Shown here: positions 57,906-64,000 of the stretch, in pieces
Numbering within the stretch: position 1 is the stretch's first letter
Layout: every line of letters starts with the position of its first letter
Assembly (NCBI GenBank): GCA_963422395.1
Contig: OY729431.1
Coordinates: forward strand, 96,001-160,000
DNA from: Vicinamibacteria bacterium
GTDB lineage: Bacteria; Acidobacteriota; Vicinamibacteria; Marinacidobacterales; Marinacidobacteraceae
Direction of reading: 5' to 3'
Length of the DNA: 64,000 nt
Position numbers and translations under genes: made by a program
Notes under the pieces: model-generated
Databases searched by the model: none
What the model was told of the DNA's origin: nothing
Seen by the model: the letters and a program-made list of their open reading frames with translations, nothing else

Positions 57906-59467
57906 ATGGTCAGGATTGCGGCGAAGCTGACGATGGAACGGAAGAAGTGGCCGAGGCGCAAGTTCTCGTTCGGGCTGTGCTGATTGTTGTCGTGGTTGAC
58001 CGTCGGAATCATGAGCGCCGGAACCCCGAGCGCCTCGACGAAGGGCGCGATCGGCACGGTCCCGCCGCTCGTGCGCTTCCTCACCGGCGCTTCGCCCCAG
58101 ATCTCGGTGAGGCTCGAAACGACGCGCGCCGCCAGCGGATGGTCGAGCGCGGTCCGGAAGGCGTTCGTTCCGCTCCCGCGGGTTAGACGGAGCAGGCGGG
58201 GGTACTCCTCGCGTTCGGCATCGGTCGGGTCGCGGTCGAGAACCAGGTAGCCCTGCGCTTCGATGAAGTCCCGCACTCTGGAGTACATGGCCTCGGCGGG
58301 AGTCTCGGCGACGAGGCGAACATCCATGTCGGCGGTTGCGGTGGCCGGCACGATGGTGCGGGCGTCGCTCCCGACCCAGGCGCTTCGGAGGCCGCGCACA
58401 TTCAGCGAGGGGTACTGGATCGCCTCCTGGAGCGAATCCCCCACTCGATCGGCTTCCGCGAAGCCGAGAGAGCGCCGGAGCGCCGGAAGGTCGTCGGGGA
58501 CCGCATCGAGCGCCGCCTGCTCTTCCTCGGTGAACTCGATCCCATCGTAGAAGCCGGGAATCACCACGCGCCCGGCATCGTCTTTCATCGAAGCGATCAA
58601 GCGGGCGAGTCGGACGGCCGGATTCGGCGCCCAGTTGCCGTAGTGCCCGCTGTGGAGCGGGACGCGCGGTCCGTACACCACCAGTTCGAGGGTGAGGATG
58701 CCGCGGGCCCCGAAGCTGACCGTCGGGCGGCCGCTCTGATGGAGCGGGCCGTCGAGGATGAACATCGCGTCGGCGCGGAACCGTTCCTGGTAGCGGGAAA
58801 TCGCCGGTACCAGACTCGGAGAGCCCGCTTCCTCCTCGCCGTCGAGGAGGATCTTGAGGTGGCTCGACACCCCGATTCCCTCGCTGTCGAGGGCGTCGAT
58901 CGCTCCCAGGAAGGCGATGATCGGCGCGGTGTCGTCGGCGACCGAGCGAGCGTAGATCCGGTCGTCGGTCTCGAACACTTCGCTCGCCTCGAGATCGAGG
59001 CGAGCGGCGCCGTCTTCGAGACGGCCGTCGCGGAGCACCGGCTCGAACGGGTCTGCCTGCTCCCAGCGAGCGGGATCCACCGGCTGTCCGTCGTAGTGGA
59101 AGTAGAGGAGCAGGGTGCGGCTTGCCCCGGGGGAGGAGCGCTCGCCGAAGACCAGCGGATTTCCGTCGGTCGGGAGCAATTCGGCTTCGAAGCCCCGGCG
59201 CTCGAGTGCCGCTTCGAGGAAGAGCGCCTTCCGTCGGATGTTCGAGGCGTCGGCGGCTACCGAGGGAATCGAGACGGCTGCGACGAGTTCACGGACCAAC
59301 GCCTGCTGGGCATCGGCAGCGGAACGCTCCACGGTCGCGCGAAGGTCCTGCCCCGCTGCGGCGGGGAACGCGAGCGCCGCGAGCGCACCGGCGGCGAAGG
59401 CTGCGGCCGGCCCGCCGCGACTTCCGAAAAACACGATGGAAATCACGGAGCGGTGTCCACGGTCCAT
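57902..59467 (-). CDS. M20/M25/M40 metallopeptidase, exported
   Basis: HYDGQP, ARSVADD, GEEEAGS, LHSGHYG, QHSPNENL. Confidence 0.9.
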   Translation of the reverse strand: MDRGHRSVISIVFFGSRGGPAAAFAAGALAALAFPAAAGQDLRATVERSAADAQQALVRELVAAVSIPSVAADASNIRRKALFLEAALERRGFEAELLPTDGNPLVFGERSSPGASRTLLLYFHYDGQPVDPARWEQADPFEPVLRDGRLEDGAARLDLEASEVFETDDRIYARSVADDTAPIIAFLGAIDALDSEGIGVSSHLKILLDGEEEAGSPSLVPAISRYQERFRADAMFILDGPLHQSGRPTVSFGARGILTLELVVYGPRVPLHSGHYGNWAPNPAVRLARLIASMKDDAGRVVIPGFYDGIEFTEEEQAALDAVPDDLPALRRSLGFAEADRVGDSLQEAIQYPSLNVRGLRSAWVGSDARTIVPATATADMDVRLVAETPAEAMYSRVRDFIEAQGYLVLDRDPTDAEREEYPRLLRLTRGSGTNAFRTALDHPLAARVVSSLTEIWGEAPVRKRTSGGTVPIAPFVEALGVPALMIPTVNHDNNQHSPNENLRLGHFFRSIVSFAAILTM

Positions 59468-60540
59468 TCATTCCCCACATCCTCACCGATCTCGGCGAGC
59501 AGGTTCCGATCCAGGTCGAATTCGTAGATGCAATCCGAGGTGGCCACCGCCAGTACCCCGCCGGGGTGGAGCGCCACGCCCACGAGCGGAGGAGTGCTGA
59601 TGAGCCGGCGGGCGCCGGAGGGAGTGAACAGGAACATTCCGGCGTCGCCTACCAGGCCCTCAGCGACGAAACAGCGGTCCTGATCGTCGAAGGCGATTCC
59701 TTGCGGCCGACCGAAGCCGGTGTGGACGCGGCACGGCGCTCCGTCGGGGCGGAACTCGACGATCTGGTCGCGGGAGGAGAGCGTCGGCCCGGAGACGAAG
59801 AGCGATCCGCTCGAGTGGAACGCCAAGTGGTATGCCGAAACCGAGGGGCGCAGCCGGGAGAAAACGCTCACCTCACCTTCGCGATCCACCCGATAGAGAG
59901 TGCCTTCGCGGTCGCCGATCACCAGATCCCCGGTCGGCGAAAATCCGATGCCGGTCGCGCAGCCGAGTTTCTCGGCGAGGACATGGAAGTGGCCGTCGTC
60001 CGACAGCCGATAGACACAGCCGTCCTCCCGGGAGGAGACATAGAGCGTGTCGTCGGGTCCCCAGGCGAGGCCGGTCGGGTTCACGATTCCGTCTCCCATC
60101 GGCTCCGGGTCGGCGTCGTCGGTCAGCCGGTAGATCGGGTGCGGCACCTTCTCGCCACGGCGGCCGCTGACCGTGGAATACAGGTTGCCCGTGGTGTCGT
60201 ACACCGGATTTCCCACGATGTGGAGGTCCTCGGCGAAGAACCTCCCGATGCACACCGGATGGGGCTCCGTCTCCCGGTCGTTGAGGCAGACCCGGACTTC
60301 GGTCCCCGCCCGTTCAGGAACGCGCACTCCGAGCCGGGTGGAGGAAACCCGGTACAGGTGGGCTTGCTCGTCACCGAAGAACACCCGAAGGCGCGCCGCG
60401 TGGTCCACTGCGAAACCCCGGCCCGAGATGTCCACCCGGCCTCCGGGGATCGCGTGTTGCGGCCAGACGCGCTCGACCGCGAGCCGAGGCCGGCTCGAGC
60501 GCCGGGGGCGCCGCACGGGGGGGCGAGCGCGGAACGACAT
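59443..60540 (-). CDS. IPT/TIG domain plus SMP-30/NHL beta-propeller protein
   Basis: GGRVDISGRGF; repeats NPTGLAWGPD, TGIGFSPTG, RPQGIAFD. Confidence 0.8.
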   Translation of the reverse strand: MSFRARPPVRRPRRSSRPRLAVERVWPQHAIPGGRVDISGRGFAVDHAARLRVFFGDEQAHLYRVSSTRLGVRVPERAGTEVRVCLNDRETEPHPVCIGRFFAEDLHIVGNPVYDTTGNLYSTVSGRRGEKVPHPIYRLTDDADPEPMGDGIVNPTGLAWGPDDTLYVSSREDGCVYRLSDDGHFHVLAEKLGCATGIGFSPTGDLVIGDREGTLYRVDREGEVSVFSRLRPSVSAYHLAFHSSGSLFVSGPTLSSRDQIVEFRPDGAPCRVHTGFGRPQGIAFDDQDRCFVAEGLVGDAGMFLFTPSGARRLISTPPLVGVALHPGGVLAVATSDCIYEFDLDRNLLAEIGEDVGNEWTVDTAP

Positions 60541-60726
60541 GACAGAACCGAGCAGGGTAGCACCGGGAAGCCGGGTGATCCGGCAGCTGGATCCAAACCG
60601 ATAGAGCGGGCCTGGGCAGAGGTCGAAAGCGAATCCGACGGAAAATTCGTCCTACGATGGGCGAGACACGGCACGGCTTCCGGCCCCGAGAGCCGCGAGT
60701 CTCGCCCGTGGCCTGAAGCACGACTT

Positions 60727-60889
60727 GTTGCGCCCGAGGCTGTGCTTCGGGCGCGGCACAGCGGGGGAAAGTGTGCAAGGAGGTTTCCCCCCGTTCACAG
60801 AATGGTGACTTCGAATCGGACTCGCTGCCGCCCCATCGTGGCCTGGCTGGGAACCGGGTTCGAGGAATGGGGCGGGCGGCAGGAGTGCG
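60727..60889. repeat. Structured ~163 bp direct repeat, copy A
   Basis: Aligns along its length with 61637-61798; contains several hairpins. Confidence 0.88.
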
Positions 60890-60991
60890 ATTCGCGGCGC
60901 GGAGCGCCGGGCGGATCGGAAACGGGGTTTTCCGTTTCTTCCTACGGGAGTGCGAGGCGCAACCGGGAATCCCGCCCCGTTCCCGGTCCGC

Positions 60992-61537
60992 TCAGCTTTC
61001 GAGCAGTGCGGTGATCAGCCAGGCGGCGATCGGCTTGCCGAACGCACCCGCCGCCAACAGCAGAACGCCCACCGCTCCCCAGGCGAGCCGGCGGGTCCAC
61101 GAACTGCGCTCCCGCAGTGCGGCGAGGGAAACCGCCAGACCGCCGATGGCGTCCAAGAGGTGCTGAAACCTCTCATCGATTCCCTGGAACTTCTCCTCTG
61201 CCCATTTCCGGTCGGTCTCACGCGCCGCGGCCGCTTCCTGCCGGTCAGCCCGCGCCTCCTGCCGGATATCCCGAATCTCCCCGCGGATTTCCCGGATGCC
61301 TTCGCGGATCCCGGCCAGCTCCCGCAGCGCCGGGCCCTGCCCTCCTTCGAGTTCCCCGGGAGCAGCCTGCTCCGGAGGCCGGGCAGCTGCCTCTTCGGCA
61401 CTGCTCATCGGCGCCCTCCCTGCATCCCGGGAGCGAGTGTAGGGGTGGTCTGCCGGCTCCGCAACGACGCTCGCAGCGGTCGCTGCCGCGGTCAGGCGGG
61501 TTTGCTTCTCGGGGGATTGCTTCGGATTCGGGGGCAT
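60992..61537 (-). CDS. Coiled-coil protein with C-terminal TM anchor (Bdr/DUF1640-like); start may be 61409
   Basis: GIREGIREIRGEIRDIRQE..KFQGIDERF heptads, then LAWGAVGVLLLAAG. Confidence 0.65.
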   Translation of the reverse strand: MPPNPKQSPEKQTRLTAAATAASVVAEPADHPYTRSRDAGRAPMSSAEEAAARPPEQAAPGELEGGQGPALRELAGIREGIREIRGEIRDIRQEARADRQEAAAARETDRKWAEEKFQGIDERFQHLLDAIGGLAVSLAALRERSSWTRRLAWGAVGVLLLAAGAFGKPIAAWLITALLES

Positions 61538-61636
61538 GGGGATTCTCCTGGTTTTTCGGATGGAGGGGGTGTGCGGCGATTCGACGAGCGCCCCATTCCT
61601 GTAGACGGAATTTCGGTCGTTTTCTTCCCACTCGAG

Positions 61637-61798
61637 GTTGCGCCGGAGGCTGTGCTTCGGGCGCGCCGCAGCGGGGGAAAGTGCGAAAGGGGGGTTTCCC
61701 TTCGTTCACAGAACGGCGGCTTCGAATCGGACTGCTGCCGCCCGATCCAGCCTGACGCCGAACCGGGTTCGAGGAACGGGGAGAGCGGCAGGAGTGCG
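61637..61798. repeat. Structured ~162 bp direct repeat, copy B
   Basis: GTTGCGCC.GAGGCTGTGCTTCGGGCGCG..CAGCGGGGGAAAGTG..CGTTCACAGAA..CTTCGAATCGGACT..GAACCGGGTTCGAGGAA..GCGGCAGGAGTGCG is shared with copy A. Confidence 0.88.
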
Positions 61799-61832
61799 CG
61801 CGGCGCTCCCGGAGTTAGGATCGAAGCGGCAC

Positions 61833-62393
61833 ATGTCCCTCGAAGCTGACCCCGAACCCCCGCTTGGGGCCGTCTCTGCCCTGCGGCCCCAGGGCGCCGA
61901 CTGGCAGATTGCGGTCATCGGAGGGTCGGCGGCGCCGCCGGGCGTTCTCCGGGATGCCGAGACGGTGGGAGGCGAGCTGGCGCGGGCGGGGGCGCATCTC
62001 GTTTGCGGCGGGCTCTTCGGGGGCATGGAGGCGGCGTGCCGGGGGGCTGCCGCTGCCGGGGGGCTCACCATCGGCCTCCTGCCCGGGACCGATCGGTCGG
62101 CCGCCAACCCGCATGTCGCTTGCGCGATCCCCACCGGGCTCGGACACTTCCGCAACTTTCTCGTGGTGCAGGCAGCGGATGGAGTGATCGCTTTCCCCGG
62201 TGCGAGCGGCACCCTTTCGGAAGCGGCGATGGCGAAAACTCTCGGAAAACCTGTGGTGACGCTCTTCCCCGACGGTTCGCTCGTCCGTCCGCCCCTCGGT
62301 TTGGAAGCCGTCGCCTGGACCGTCACCGGCGCCCTCACCGCACGGTCGCCCGCGGAGGCGGTCCGTCTGGTGCTCGCTGCGGCGCGCCGGTGA
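61833..62393 (+). CDS. TIGR00725-family SLOG protein
   Basis: IAVIGG, LVCGGLFGGMEAA, GLTIGLLPG, TGLGHFRN, GTLSE. Confidence 0.88.
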   Translation: MSLEADPEPPLGAVSALRPQGADWQIAVIGGSAAPPGVLRDAETVGGELARAGAHLVCGGLFGGMEAACRGAAAAGGLTIGLLPGTDRSAANPHVACAIPTGLGHFRNFLVVQAADGVIAFPGASGTLSEAAMAKTLGKPVVTLFPDGSLVRPPLGLEAVAWTVTGALTARSPAEAVRLVLAAARR

Positions 62394-64000
62394 GCGACGC
62401 ATTCCCCTCGGGGGCCGAAGCCCCTGGCTTCGAGGCGCTCCTCGGTGCAGTCCGCGAGCGCCGGGCCGCGCGCACCAAGGGGATCGGCCGCCTCGTCGGG
62501 CCCGCCCGGCTCGCGGTGGTGGCCGCCTGGGCGTTGGATTCCGACGGCCCGCTCGTCCTGCTCACCGCACGAGACGCCGATCTTCTCCCCGCCGCCGGGG
62601 ACCTCGAGGCGCTGCTCGGGGCCCTCCGCGAATCGCGCCCGGTGTTCCGGCTGCCAGGGCTGGCGGTGAACCCCTACGCCGGGGTGGCGCCCCACGACGA
62701 AGTGCTGGCGCTCCGGGCGCAGGCGCTCGCTGCCCTCGCCGCCGGGGGGAAGCCGGTGGTCGTCGCTTCGGCGGCCGGCGCGCTCTGCCGCACCGCAGCA
62801 CCCGAACGCCTGCTCGAAGCGGGCATCTGCATCCGGCGGGGCGCCGCAGCGCCCCCGCTCCGCCTCGCCGAGCGGCTCACCGCTGCTGGATACCGTTACC
62901 AGGATCCGGTGAGTTCTCCGGGAGATTTCGCTCGGCGCGGCGGGATCCTCGATCTCTTTCCGGTGGACCGCGGGCTCCCGCTCCGGGTCGAAGTCGCCTT
63001 CGAGGAGATCGAGGCGATTCGGGAGTTCGAGGTGGAGACGCAGCGCAGCGGCGACCATCTCGCCCGTCCGGAAGAAGTCTTCGTTCCGCCTTCCTGGGAA
63101 TGGATCGGCGGCGGCGCCGCCGTCGCTGCCGGAGACGGAGCGCATCCGGCGTTCCGGCTGCCGGGAACTTCTGGCTTCGCCGGCAGCCTCCTCGACTACC
63201 TCGCGGGTGCCGCGCTCTTCCTCGAGGAGCCGGACCCGTTCCGCGAGGCGGCCGAAGCGGAGATCGCCCGCATCGCAGACAGCCGGATCGCCGCCACCGG
63301 GCACCCCTCCGGGGGTTCCCGCGGGCGAGAGGCTGCCGAGCCCGAGGCCCTCCTCCTCGGCCTGGACGAACTTCTCGCCCGGCTGGAGCCGCTGCCGCCC
63401 GTCGGAGCGCTGGAGCTCCGGGAGCTGGAAACCGGCGCGCGCGGGGATCTCCCGGCCCGTCCGGCGGGCTCCTTCCGGAATCGGATCGGCGAGTTTCTGA
63501 CGACCGTCACCCAGCCGGGGAAACCGAACCGCGCGGTGCATGTCTTCGTGCCGGGCGCTGGTGCGGCGGACCGCTTCGGGGTGCGGATGCGGGAAGCCGG
63601 AGCGCGGGTCCCGGCGGAACCGCCGGCCGGTAACGCGAGCCCGGCGGCTGCCGAGGCGGCGGTGGACACCCGGGTGTCAGCGCCGAACCTCCAGCCCCCG
63701 CGGGTCTTCGTCCACCCGACGCGGCTCAGCGGCGGGTTCGAAATGCCCGAGCTGCGCCTGGAAGTGATCAGCGGCTCGGCGATGGTGGCGGCTCCTCCTC
63801 GCGCAACTCGCAGCCGAGCGCGGCGCGGCGCCTTTCTTTCGGATTTTCGCGATCTCGAACCGGGCGACCCGGTAGTCCACACCGACCACGGCGTGGGCCG
63901 CTTCGTGCGCATGACCCGGATCGGCGCCGGGAAGGGCGATTCGGGGGAGGACGCTCCCGAGCTCGTGGAGATCCACTATGCCGCGGGCGGGAAGCTCTAT
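62390..64000 (+). CDS. mfd: Transcription-repair coupling factor, 3' truncated by window (not in ORF track)
   Basis: GTG overlaps the upstream stop; PGDFARRGGILDLFP, IREFEVETQRS, FLSDFRDLEPGDPVVHTDHGVGRF, IHYAAGGKLY. Confidence 0.93.
   Translation, partial: MSDAFPSGAEAPGFEALLGAVRERRAARTKGIGRLVGPARLAVVAAWALDSDGPLVLLTARDADLLPAAGDLEALLGALRESRPVFRLPGLAVNPYAGVAPHDEVLALRAQALAALAAGGKPVVVASAAGALCRTAAPERLLEAGICIRRGAAAPPLRLAERLTAAGYRYQDPVSSPGDFARRGGILDLFPVDRGLPLRVEVAFEEIEAIREFEVETQRSGDHLARPEEVFVPPSWEWIGGGAAVAAGDGAHPAFRLPGTSGFAGSLLDYLAGAALFLEEPDPFREAAEAEIARIADSRIAATGHPSGGSRGREAAEPEALLLGLDELLARLEPLPPVGALELRELETGARGDLPARPAGSFRNRIGEFLTTVTQPGKPNRAVHVFVPGAGAADRFGVRMREAGARVPAEPPAGNASPAAAEAAVDTRVSAPNLQPPRVFVHPTRLSGGFEMPELRLEVISGSAMVAAPPRATRSRARRGAFLSDFRDLEPGDPVVHTDHGVGRFVRMTRIGAGKGDSGEDAPELVEIHYAAGGKLY

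Overview
High-GC bacterial chromosome segment spanning the replication-origin region. The gene set (split atp operon beside parAB, Oar-type TonB-dependent receptor, Na+-NQR) suggests a marine Acidobacteriota-like organism, but this taxonomy is inference. Housekeeping backbone: yyaL; atpF'FHAGDC; bactofilin-parB-parA (with parS); rsmG-yidC-yidD-rnpA-rpmH; dnaA-(putative oriC)-dnaN-gyrB-gyrA-pyrE; a catabolic cluster including a tandem-domain aminotransferase; nqrA-F/apbE/nqrM; a heterodimeric ABC exporter; a peptidase; and the start of mfd. Two layers sit on top of this. (1) A ~175-190 bp MITE family has 4 full, 2 partial and 2 fragmentary copies, with CAGCCTGTGGA...TCCACAG(G/A)CTG ends and YTAR duplications. 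It repeatedly sits exactly on TAG stop codons and carries DnaA-box-like 9-mers in its ends. (2) Small toxin/defence-type cassettes are wedged into housekeeping operons: an SRA-like/HNH nuclease and AbrB-VapC inside the nqr operon, Fic upstream of it, an ABC-ATPase with a deleted partner, a lower-GC four-gene DUF2335/DprA/PRTase island, and a coiled-coil gene between ~163 bp structured direct repeats. Most of these cassettes abut a MITE end or a short direct repeat. The best candidates for something new are this repeat-associated cassette behaviour, the DUF2335-DprA-PRTase island, and the combination of a DnaA with an altered box-reading helix and consensus DnaA boxes found in MITE ends. All assignments are from reading motifs by eye; no searches were run.
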